Shown: positions 8,345 through 16,648 of the stretch, piece by piece
Layout: each line of letters starts with the position of its first letter
Position numbering within the stretch: the first letter of the stretch is position 1
DNA from: a virus
Lineage: Duplodnaviria; Caudoviricetes
Direction: 5' to 3' (one strand)
Virus record (IMG/VR): IMGVR_UViG_3300048855_000215
Span: 1-24,990 of that record
Length of the DNA: 24,990 nucleotides
The notes under the pieces: generated by a model
The model's database searches: none
The model's input: only the letters and a program-made list of their open reading frames with translations
What the model was told of the DNA's origin: nothing
Program-made: the position numbers and the translations under genes

Positions 8345-10155
8345 CGGATACGAAGAACTTGATTTTCTCCTGGCTGACGAACGGCGTCGAACCTTCGCGC
8401 ACAAATCATCAGGAATTGGCGGACGCCATTCTCTACGGCAGCCCCGCACAATCTCCGGCGCGCAGGGCGGCAACGCCGATCGCCGGGCAGGAGTGGGCGG
8501 CGGTGGAACAAAACGACATCGACGGTATCCAGAAACCGGTTCCGCCCCGCGCCGACGGCATAAACGGCGCGGTCCGCGCCGCGGGGCAGGGCGTCCTGGG
8601 GATCGGTTCCTACCTGGACGAAATGGATGCGGCGACGAATGCCACGCTGGCACCGGTATTCGATCCCCTGTTGCCCGACAGCTTTGAGAAGCTTCCCGGT
8701 GAAACATGGAGCGAGCGATACGACCAGGCGCTGGAAATTCAGCGGCGTGACAGCCGCGAATATAATGAGGACCATCCTTATCTTTCTACCTCCCTCAAAC
8801 TGGCTGGCGGTGTCGGTTCCGCGGCGGCGCTGTTGAGGGCGCTGCCGTCGATCGGGAACTATGCGCTTGGAAACACCGGCGCATCGATTGCCGGCCGGGT
8901 GGCTTCGGGTACCGGTGCCGGTGCCGGGACCGGCATCGTACAGGGGTATGGCGCCGGAGAAGGGGGTGCCGAGAACCGGTCGAGCGAGGCTCAGATCGAA
9001 GCGCTCTGGGGTGCCGGCGCCGGCGCTGTCGCGGTGCCGCTGGCATCGGGGCTCGGGAGGCTTGGCTCTGCGGCCTACCGCAAGTTTTTCGGCACAGGCG
9101 GTGATGTGCCCGTGCCGAGCGCCCCGGCCAATAGGGCACCCGGCATGGCCGCCGAGAAGGCGCAGGACGGTGGAGAACTTGCCTCCGGCAGAGTGGGGCT
9201 TTACAATCATCCGGCCAGGCCTCAGCGTCCTTTCGAGGTGGATTATCCGGCAAAGGAGAAGAGCTATGCCGAACGGGGAATCGCCGACGAAAACGGAAAG
9301 CTCCTGCAGGACATCGAGGGATACGACTTCGATGGAAACGAAATCATCGCCGGTCGGCGTTATGCGGGACAGGCTGATAGCAATCTCTCTACCGGAGAAC
9401 TGGGACACGTTGTCGAGAGAACAACGGGAACAGTGCCTCTTAAAGTTGCGCGAGGAAGCGTTAGGGGCGACCACGGCGTAACGCTCTACGACAAAGCCTC
9501 CCGCCGACCTGCCGAGGTTCTGACCGCCGACGATGTTTCGCCGGAGGACTATCCACTTCTGCTCGCTCACGAGACCGGCCATGTCGTCGATCAGGCGAGC
9601 GGGGAGCGGTTCTCGCTCGGGATGAAGGGCATGAGCCCGGAGGAGATCGCCCGGATGGCTAAGACGCGGGCATCCGGACAAGGCCTTTCCCCGCAAGAGA
9701 TTGCCCGGTTGATCGAGGCCAGATACTCGCGGACCCTGGAAGGGCTTCCTCCCGAAGAGCGGGAGCTGATCATCCGCCAGGCCCGCCGAATCTACAACGA
9801 CCGCAACATGCATCCGGACAATCCGCGGATGCTGATGCAGGAGCGTACAGGCGTGCCAGTAAAAGAAGAATACCAGGTGACGCCGCAGAAGCAGGGTTAT
9901 CCAGACGATACCGCCGAGCGTGAATATGCCGCGGAAGCCTTTGCCGCCTATATGAGCAACGCAAACGGCACCAAGACGGATGCCCCCGATCTGGCGAAGA
10001 TGCTGCGGCAGATCGTCCGGGAGACGCCGGAACTGAAGGGTATTCTGCGGCTCAACGGCGTTGGCGGCTTGGGGGTTACCGGGATCGCGGCCGGGTCCAA
10101 CGGCCTGGCTGGATACGACGCCAAAGGAAGCAGGACCGGGGAGAGTTGGCCATGA
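8341..10155 (+). CDS. 604-aa two-part protein: ejection/internal-virion-like N-half plus zinc metallopeptidase-like C-half; candidate virion-delivered effector
   Basis: Gly/Ala-rich N-half (RAAGQGV...YDQALE...HPYLSTSLKLAGG). HETGH at 9568-9582 and GY-x7-EYAAEAFAAY at about 9895-9951. Translationally coupled by ATGA. Confidence 0.7.
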   Translation: MTDTKNLIFSWLTNGVEPSRTNHQELADAILYGSPAQSPARRAATPIAGQEWAAVEQNDIDGIQKPVPPRADGINGAVRAAGQGVLGIGSYLDEMDAATNATLAPVFDPLLPDSFEKLPGETWSERYDQALEIQRRDSREYNEDHPYLSTSLKLAGGVGSAAALLRALPSIGNYALGNTGASIAGRVASGTGAGAGTGIVQGYGAGEGGAENRSSEAQIEALWGAGAGAVAVPLASGLGRLGSAAYRKFFGTGGDVPVPSAPANRAPGMAAEKAQDGGELASGRVGLYNHPARPQRPFEVDYPAKEKSYAERGIADENGKLLQDIEGYDFDGNEIIAGRRYAGQADSNLSTGELGHVVERTTGTVPLKVARGSVRGDHGVTLYDKASRRPAEVLTADDVSPEDYPLLLAHETGHVVDQASGERFSLGMKGMSPEEIARMAKTRASGQGLSPQEIARLIEARYSRTLEGLPPEERELIIRQARRIYNDRNMHPDNPRMLMQERTGVPVKEEYQVTPQKQGYPDDTAEREYAAEAFAAYMSNANGTKTDAPDLAKMLRQIVRETPELKGILRLNGVGGLGVTGIAAGSNGLAGYDAKGSRTGESWP

Positions 10156-10230
10156 CCCTGGCGATTGTCTTCTCGCCGATGACCTGCTCGCCATGCGGGG
10201 TGGCAGGCGAAGCCAGTCCCGCGCTGCTTT
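10152..10230 (+). pseudogene. Decayed remnant of the 5' end of the 12119 gene
   Basis: ATGACCCTG start overlaps the 604-aa stop exactly as at 12119, followed by patchy matches (TCTCGCCG..GAC, GCCATG..AGGCGA). Confidence 0.55.
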
Positions 10231-10278
10231 TTCCGCCGACGTTCAATCGCTCATTCGCGGGCTATCTTCGCAGACGGT

Positions 10279-10860
10279 TCAGTTGAATCGGATAATATGT
10301 TTGACCGTCGGGTGGCGCCTGACTTGGTCACGGATAAGAAAGGCAATGTCCGGCCCCACCGTCTTGATATAGTTCGGATCGAGCAAATAAGCGCAGATCG
10401 AAATGGCCGCATATTCCCGGCGGATGGCGTCGCCTTGATATCCGTGGTTCTCGGGGCCGACCCAGTGTTCTTCCGGTATGGGCACGCCGCTCTGCTCCTG
10501 CCGGACCCTGCGCGGATCGTCCGGGGGAGTGTACATATCGTTGTAAATACGGCGCGCTTGCATCAAGGCTGCCCCGGCCCGCGGTATTCCACCGACCTTC
10601 CGGTCGATCATGTGTCCGATTTCAAGGCAGAGAGCGAGCTTGTCTTGCGGCGACATCCCGTCCACGACGCGCTCGATTTCGCGATCGGGGGCGGACTCAT
10701 CCACCGCCTCGCGATCTTCGGTCGATGCCGGCGACGATTTCGCGTTCGGCGCGGCCTCCGGCTTCCGGGGGGCAACCCATTTCAAAACGGCGTCGAGAGA
10801 CGACCGGAGGAAGGTATGCCCGGCACCCGCCGGTTTCGCCTGCGACTCTTCGTTCGACAT
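10279..10860 (-). CDS. Inverted paralog of the metallopeptidase domain with a broken zinc motif (LEIGH, EYAAI); 193 aa (209 aa if started at 10908)
   Basis: Last 93 aa align without gaps to the 604-aa protein (about 45 identities by hand count); GGAG 7 nt before ATG 10860. Confidence 0.75.
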   Translation of the reverse strand: MSNEESQAKPAGAGHTFLRSSLDAVLKWVAPRKPEAAPNAKSSPASTEDREAVDESAPDREIERVVDGMSPQDKLALCLEIGHMIDRKVGGIPRAGAALMQARRIYNDMYTPPDDPRRVRQEQSGVPIPEEHWVGPENHGYQGDAIRREYAAISICAYLLDPNYIKTVGPDIAFLIRDQVRRHPTVKHIIRFN

Positions 10861-11140
10861 GCCTTTTCTCCCCGCCGGATAAGCCTCCACGAACGGACGT
10901 CGAGGCATAGCCGGAGGAGCGTATCGAGACCCGTTATCGAGAGCAAGCTTTCAGCACGAGCCATTGTGCCGACGCGGCAAGACTCCCGGCCGCGGCTTTT
11001 GCAAGCCCGTACCGGAGCGCATTTACCGCGGCACAGGAGAACCGCATGAGCGAATATCTTCACGACTGAATCGTGCAAAAAAATGCTGAACGAAGCTTCG
11101 ACGCCGCGGCGTGCGATTGATGCCGCCTGCCATCCGAGAT

Positions 11141-11397
11141 CGTCGGCAGCATCCGGTGCTTTGCCGAACGGGTGTTCTGGCCACGGTGCAAGTCCTGTCC
11201 GATTTCGAGAGCGGCTCCGGACGTTTTGAACATATCCCCACGTCTTGAATGGGGGTCCGCATCAACAAGCGGCGGGTTCGGCTCGCCCTTCTTTTAGAGG
11301 AAAGACCATGGGGGAAGCCAAGGAGAAGACGACGATCGGAGACGAGCGCGCCCGTTGCGGGAATGCGCGGACAGTCATCGCAGGAGCGACGCCATGA
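11141..11397 (+). repeat. Deletion-compressed copy of 7098-8344: end of secreted-protein gene, terminator, then a 29-aa fusion mini-ORF (11308-11397)
   Basis: Mini-ORF MGEAKEKTT-IGDERARCGNARTVIAGATP joins the start of the 7252 gene (MAEATEKTT) to the end of the 7745 gene (VEDERTRWGNAKMVVGGVTP). Confidence 0.85.
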
Positions 11398-12122
11398 CCG
11401 ATGCGGCGAAGAAGCGGATCGCATCCATGATTCTCGATGGCGTTCCGCCGCAGGCTGAGGGCCTGCAACCCCAGATTGCTGGGTCACTTTCCTCCCGACA
11501 GGAGATGGAGTATGATCCTCCAACCTTGCCTCAGCGGCCGGTCGAGTTGGATTATCCCGCAGGAGAAAAGAGCTATGTCGAACGAGGAATCGCCGATGAA
11601 TCAGGACGATTGCTGCAAGACATCGACGGAAGACCCCTCACAGCGCGCTATGTCGCGGGCCGTACGCATGTGCGCGGGGCTGATACCGTACTCGGCAACG
11701 AGGGACTCGGTCGAATTGTCCTTTGGGGAACAGGAGAGTTCCCTAGACAAGTTCATGGAAGCAAGATCCAAGGCGCAAACGGCGCAACGGAAATAGATCT
11801 CAATACGGGCGAACCAAGAGGCGTCCTTCTTTCCGCCGACCTTCATCCGAACGATATCCCGCGCGTCCTTGCCCATGAGCGCGTTCTTGCCCGTGAGACG
11901 GGGCATGTCATCGATCAGCTCACCGACACCATGTCGATCAACGGGATCGAGGACGAAGCGGGACGCAATTATCACTGGCTCATCACGGGCGAAGCGCCAC
12001 AGCCCGGCGCAAAGCTCGTCGGCCCTGAGGATCTCGGATATCCGCAGCACCTGATCGATCTCGCCGGGACCGGCGGATTGGCAGGTTTCAAGGAAACCGG
12101 GACGGGGAAAGGCGAGCTATGA
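11394..12122 (+). CDS. Internally deleted paralog of the 604-aa protein (242 aa); possibly a pseudogene
   Basis: Shares the N-leader, PQRP.E.DYPA.EKSY.ERGIADE.G.LLQDI.G, ETGHV.DQ and the GLAG tail; HExxH is disrupted by an 18-bp tandem duplication. Confidence 0.7.
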   Translation: MTDAAKKRIASMILDGVPPQAEGLQPQIAGSLSSRQEMEYDPPTLPQRPVELDYPAGEKSYVERGIADESGRLLQDIDGRPLTARYVAGRTHVRGADTVLGNEGLGRIVLWGTGEFPRQVHGSKIQGANGATEIDLNTGEPRGVLLSADLHPNDIPRVLAHERVLARETGHVIDQLTDTMSINGIEDEAGRNYHWLITGEAPQPGAKLVGPEDLGYPQHLIDLAGTGGLAGFKETGTGKGEL

Positions 12123-12721
12123 CCCTGCTTTCCGCAGTCAATCGAGTTTGCGACATCGTCTCGCTCTCGCCGTTCGACAGCGTCTACGGCTCCGACGAGC
12201 CGAACGCGCAGACGATGGTTGCCATGGCGCAGGAGGTAGGCGACGAGATCGCCCGCCGCGCCGACTGGCAGAAGCTCTTGAAGGCGCACACCGCTGCCGC
12301 CTCGCCGGTGACCCTGCCTGACGATTTCCAGCGGCTGACGCCTGGCGGCCCGGTCAGGACAGCCGCCGGCGTCTTCGTCCGCCCCGTCACCAATTCCGGC
12401 CAGTGGGCGGTCATCGCCCGGATATCCGCGGCGCAGCCATATTTCTTCATCAGGGGCGGGCAGGCGCTGTTCTCGCCGGCCTCTGCTGCCGCGAGCGCCG
12501 TCATCGATTACGTCTCGAAGAACTGGATCCTGCACGATCCGGATGGGCCGCAGGATGCCTTTTCGGCAGACGATGACACGACGCTTTTCCCCGAGCGACT
12601 GCTGGTCAAGGGCATCGTGTGGCGCTGGAAGAGGCAAAAAGGCCTCGCCTACGAGGACAACCTTGCCGAGTTCGAAGCCGACCTCGCGCAGGAGATCAAC
12701 GCCGACAGGGGCGCCCAATGA
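12119..12721 (+). CDS. Tail tubular A / adaptor-like protein (200 aa)
   Basis: MTLLSAVNRVCD...ARRADWQKL, TLPDDFQR and GIVWRWKRQKGLAY motifs; directly precedes the nozzle gene. Confidence 0.7.
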   Translation: MTLLSAVNRVCDIVSLSPFDSVYGSDEPNAQTMVAMAQEVGDEIARRADWQKLLKAHTAAASPVTLPDDFQRLTPGGPVRTAAGVFVRPVTNSGQWAVIARISAAQPYFFIRGGQALFSPASAAASAVIDYVSKNWILHDPDGPQDAFSADDDTTLFPERLLVKGIVWRWKRQKGLAYEDNLAEFEADLAQEINADRGAQ

Positions 12722-14334
12722 GAATTCAGCCAAGGCCGGCCCGTATAGGGCAATCCAATCGCGGGGCCGTATCCATCGGCCGTCAACAGACATCGCAGCC
12801 GGTGACCTTCCCTGCGCCGAAGGGCGGGCTGGTCACGACCTCGGACATGGCGTCGCAAGAGCCGGGCTCGGCCACCGTGCTGCGCAATTTCTTCCCGACG
12901 CTGATGGGCTGCAAGATCCGCGGCGGCTCGCAGAAGAAAGGTCTTGCGGTAGACGGCGGTGATATCAAGAGCGCCTTCAAATACAAATACGGCAGCAACG
13001 AAAAGCTGTTCATGGCGACGAACGCCGGCATCTACAACATGACGTCGCCGGCCGCGCCCCCGATCACGACCGCGGCGGATGTTTCCGGTATGAGCGGCGG
13101 TGATTGGTGCGCCTTTCAGCATACCAATGCCGGCACGTCCTATCTCGTGTGCCTCAACGGCGCCAATAACCGGCAGCTTTACAACGGCACGAGCTGGACG
13201 ACCTCTCCTGCCATCACCTTCACCGATGGCACGACGATGCCGCAGCTCAATTACGGCTGGCTGTTCAAGAACCGGCAGTTCTTCCTGAAGAACGCAACGC
13301 TTGACGCCTATTACCTGGCGGTCAACGCGGTCGGTGGCGCCGCTTCCGTCTTTCCCCTTGGCGGCGTGATGAAGAAGGGCGGCTCACTACTTACCGGCTT
13401 CTCCTGGTCGCTGGAAAGCGGGGACGGCCTCAGCGACATGTGCGTGTTCGTCTCGACAGAGGGCGAAATTGCGGTCTACGCCGGGTCCGATCCGTCGAGC
13501 GCTTCCGACTTTGCATTGAAAGGCGTCTATCAGATCGGAAAGCCGCTCGGAAAGAATGCCTGGATCAGGGCAGGGGGCGACATTCTCGTTGCCACGACGG
13601 ACGGACTCACGCCGATGTCGCAGGTGTTCCAGCGCGACCGGCAGGCTCTTTCGCTGGTGTCCGTCTCTCGCCCGATCGAGGATGACTGGCGCAAGGCAGC
13701 CAACGCCACCGGGAGCGGCTGGACGCTGACGCAGTGGCCGGAACAGAACCTCGTCTTCGTGGCCTTTCCGGAAAACACCGTGGTCACCGACACGACCTTC
13801 GTCCTCAACGTGCTGACCGGCCGCTGGTCGACGGTCAGCAACTGGCAGGCGCTCTGCTACGAGACGCTGCAGGGCGGACTGTTCTTCGGCTCGCTCGACG
13901 GCGTTATGTGGCAGGGAGATGCGGGCGGGACGGATGACGGGATGGCCTTCTCGGCGACCTATCTTTCGCAGTTCTCGCCGGCCGGCCAGTTCGGTCAGCG
14001 GGCGACGGCCACGATGGCGCATATGTACTTCCGGGCGAAGTCCAGCCCCAAGGTAAGGCTGTTTGCCCGTGCCGACCACGATCGGTCGACGCCCACATTC
14101 GCCACCGCGACCGAAGGCGATGCAACCTCGTCCGAATGGGACGTCGGTTTCTGGGACGTGGCGATCTGGGACGGCGTTTCACAGGTGCGGCGCTACGAAT
14201 TCCGGCAGAACGTCCGGGCGGCTGGCGACATGCTGGCTGCCGGCTGTGTCATCACCTCGGGCGGAAAATTCAAGCTCGATATCGAGGTCGATCTCGCCAC
14301 GGTGCAAGTCTCGGTCGGGGAGGCCAGCGCTTGA
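12718..14334 (+). CDS. Tail tubular B / nozzle (DNA-stabilization) protein (538 aa)
   Basis: FPAPKGGL...LRNFFP N-terminus, beta-rich body, WDVGFWDVAIW C-terminal motif; ATGA overlap at 12718. Confidence 0.75.
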   Translation: MRIQPRPARIGQSNRGAVSIGRQQTSQPVTFPAPKGGLVTTSDMASQEPGSATVLRNFFPTLMGCKIRGGSQKKGLAVDGGDIKSAFKYKYGSNEKLFMATNAGIYNMTSPAAPPITTAADVSGMSGGDWCAFQHTNAGTSYLVCLNGANNRQLYNGTSWTTSPAITFTDGTTMPQLNYGWLFKNRQFFLKNATLDAYYLAVNAVGGAASVFPLGGVMKKGGSLLTGFSWSLESGDGLSDMCVFVSTEGEIAVYAGSDPSSASDFALKGVYQIGKPLGKNAWIRAGGDILVATTDGLTPMSQVFQRDRQALSLVSVSRPIEDDWRKAANATGSGWTLTQWPEQNLVFVAFPENTVVTDTTFVLNVLTGRWSTVSNWQALCYETLQGGLFFGSLDGVMWQGDAGGTDDGMAFSATYLSQFSPAGQFGQRATATMAHMYFRAKSSPKVRLFARADHDRSTPTFATATEGDATSSEWDVGFWDVAIWDGVSQVRRYEFRQNVRAAGDMLAAGCVITSGGKFKLDIEVDLATVQVSVGEASA

Positions 14335-14777
14335 GCCTGATCTGGGGCGGGGCATCGAACCCCGCCGTCAATCAGGCCATAGCCCGGTTCGTCGCAAGCC
14401 GCATTCCCGGCTGCGACCGCGGCTTCGAGCATTTCACGACACTGGGAATGATCGAAGGCGAGCACCTCGTCGCCGGCATCGTCTTCCACAACTACACGCC
14501 CGAGGCCGGGGTCATAGAGCTTTCGTCCGCTTCGACCAGCAAGCGCTGGCTGACGCGCCCGATGCTCAAAGCGATGTTCGGCTACCCCTTCGATCAGATC
14601 GGCTGCCAATTGGTCGTTCTCAGGGTCTCCGAGCGCAACACCGCAATGATCGAAATAGCCGAGCGTTTCGGCTTCAAGGCCTGCCGCATCCCGCGCCTCA
14701 GGGGCCGGGAGGAAGCGGAAATCATTTTTACGTTCACAGATGACGACTGGCGCAGCCACGCCGTCAACAGAAGGTAG
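14331..14777 (+). CDS. GNAT-fold phage assembly protein (148 aa)
   Basis: TTG start after GGGGAGG; LVAGIVFHNY, MFGYPFDQIGC and N...ERFGF GNAT motifs; usual slot between nozzle and pilot proteins. Confidence 0.75.
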   Translation: MSLIWGGASNPAVNQAIARFVASRIPGCDRGFEHFTTLGMIEGEHLVAGIVFHNYTPEAGVIELSSASTSKRWLTRPMLKAMFGYPFDQIGCQLVVLRVSERNTAMIEIAERFGFKACRIPRLRGREEAEIIFTFTDDDWRSHAVNRR

Positions 14778-14782
14778 ACGCC

Positions 14783-16648
14783 ATGGGGAAGCAAAAAGCT
14801 CCAAGCCCTCCGGATCCGAACAAGACGGCCGCGGCACAGACGGCAACCAATATCGGCACGGCGATTGCCAACCAGACGCTCGGCAACGTCAACCAGGTGA
14901 CGCCCGACGGCAACCTGACCTATTCGCAGACGGGCTCGACGAAATGGACGGATCCGTTGAACGGCAAGGAATATGATCTGCCGACCTATACGGCAACGCA
15001 AACGCTTTCGCCCGAGCAGCAGGCCATCAAGAACCAGACCGATGCCGCCGAACTGAACATGGCGACGCTTGCCAGCACACAATCGGGCAAGCTCAACACT
15101 CTGCTCGGCAGCCAACTCGACATCTCCAAGGCGCCGGCGGCGGGAAGCGCGGGTGCGATCGGGCTGCCGAAGTACCAGAGCTTCACCGGCGGCCCGCAGC
15201 TTCAGACCGGCCTTGGCAATTACGGGAACGTGCAAAGCTCGATCGCCGGAGCCGGCCCCATCCAGACGGGCCTTGGAAATACCGGCAAAGTTCAAACGGC
15301 GCTTGCCGGCGCCGGGAACGTTCAAAGCGCGATCGCGAACGCCGGCCCCATTCAGAACCAGGTTGCAAATGCCGGCAAGATCCAGACATCACTTGGCAAT
15401 GCAGGCGACATCACCAAGTCCTATGCTTTCGATATCGACACCTCGAAATACGAACAGGCGTTGCTCGACCGGCTGAACCCGCAGCTCGAGCGGGACCGGG
15501 CGGCGCTCGAAACGAAGCTCAGCAACCAAGGCCTGCAGCCGGGTTCCGAAGCCTATAACCGCGCGATCGACGAAGCGAACCGCGCAGCGAACGACGCGCG
15601 GATAGGGGCGACGCTGAGCGCGGGGCAGGAACAATCCCGGATCGCCGGGCTCGCGCAAGGCCAGGCGATGTTCCAAAACTCCGCCCAGCAGCAGGCCTAT
15701 GACCAGATGACGGGGATCGGCCAGTTCTACAATTCCGCTCAGGCGCAGCAATATGCGCAGAACTCGAACGACATGCAGATGGCCAACGCCGCCCAGGGGC
15801 AGACGTTCGGCCAGAACCAGGCGCAGCTCGAGGCCGGCAATGCCGCCCAGCAGCAGCAGTACGACCAAACCCTTTCTTCCGGCCAATTCGCGAATGCCGC
15901 CCAGCAGCAGCTGTTCAACAATGCCCTCCAGGCCGCCCAGTTCACGAACGCCGCCCAAGAGCAGAGGTTCGGCCAGAACAAGGCGCAACTCGAAGCCGGC
16001 AATGCAGCCCAGAACCAGAAGTTCACCCAAGGATTGGCGGGTGCCGAGTTCGGCAACAACGCGCTGCAGCAGCAATACCAGAACCAGAACACCGCCGCGG
16101 CCGGCAACAATGCGCTTGCCGATCAGCGCTTCAACGCCCAGCAGGCGAAGTTCAACCTGCAGAACCAGGAGAGAGCGCAATATCTGAACGAGCTCTATGC
16201 CCAGCGCAACCAGCCGGTCAACGAGATTTCGGCGCTCCTGTCCGGCGCCCAGGTCGGCAGCCCGAATTTCGTGCCGACGCAGGGGGTGCAAGTCCCGACG
16301 GTCGACTATGCCGGTCTCGTCAACCAAAACTACCAGAATCAGCTCAGTACATGGCAGCAGAACAACGCCAACTCGCAAAACCTGCTCGGCGGCCTGCTCG
16401 GCTTCGGAGGGCAACTCGCCGCGCTCTCCGATAAGCGGGCGAAGAAGGACGTCGAGAAAGTCGGCCAACTCAAGGGCCATGGCCTCTACGAGTATCGCTA
16501 TAAAGGCAAGCACGACGACGGGAAGCGGCACATCGGCGTGATGGCCCAGGAAGTCGAGAAGATGCGGCCGGACGCAGTGTCGCGCCGCCCTGACGGGCTC
16601 CGCCAAGTCGACTACGGCAAGCTTTTCACTGCTGGAAGGAAGAAATAA
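14783..16648 (+). CDS. Pilot/ejection protein with a C-terminal peptidase_S74-like chaperone domain (621 aa)
   Basis: MGKQKAPSPPDP..TAAAQT N-terminus, Q/N/A-rich repeats, C-terminal SDKRAKKDV...YEYRY...GVMAQEVE...VDY. Confidence 0.8.
   Translation: MGKQKAPSPPDPNKTAAAQTATNIGTAIANQTLGNVNQVTPDGNLTYSQTGSTKWTDPLNGKEYDLPTYTATQTLSPEQQAIKNQTDAAELNMATLASTQSGKLNTLLGSQLDISKAPAAGSAGAIGLPKYQSFTGGPQLQTGLGNYGNVQSSIAGAGPIQTGLGNTGKVQTALAGAGNVQSAIANAGPIQNQVANAGKIQTSLGNAGDITKSYAFDIDTSKYEQALLDRLNPQLERDRAALETKLSNQGLQPGSEAYNRAIDEANRAANDARIGATLSAGQEQSRIAGLAQGQAMFQNSAQQQAYDQMTGIGQFYNSAQAQQYAQNSNDMQMANAAQGQTFGQNQAQLEAGNAAQQQQYDQTLSSGQFANAAQQQLFNNALQAAQFTNAAQEQRFGQNKAQLEAGNAAQNQKFTQGLAGAEFGNNALQQQYQNQNTAAAGNNALADQRFNAQQAKFNLQNQERAQYLNELYAQRNQPVNEISALLSGAQVGSPNFVPTQGVQVPTVDYAGLVNQNYQNQLSTWQQNNANSQNLLGGLLGFGGQLAALSDKRAKKDVEKVGQLKGHGLYEYRYKGKHDDGKRHIGVMAQEVEKMRPDAVSRRPDGLRQVDYGKLFTAGRKK

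Noticed and set aside
8245-10194. 649-aa minus-strand ORF
   Set aside because: Antisense shadow of the 604-aa gene with no recognisable motifs.
10297-11049. 250-aa plus-strand ORF
   Set aside because: Shadow of the minus-strand paralog, which has clear internal homology.
8341-12122. Diversity-generating retroelement or invertase shufflon as the source of the paralogs
   Set aside because: No reverse transcriptase or recombinase in the window, differences are not adenine-specific, and no short inverted crossover sites were seen.
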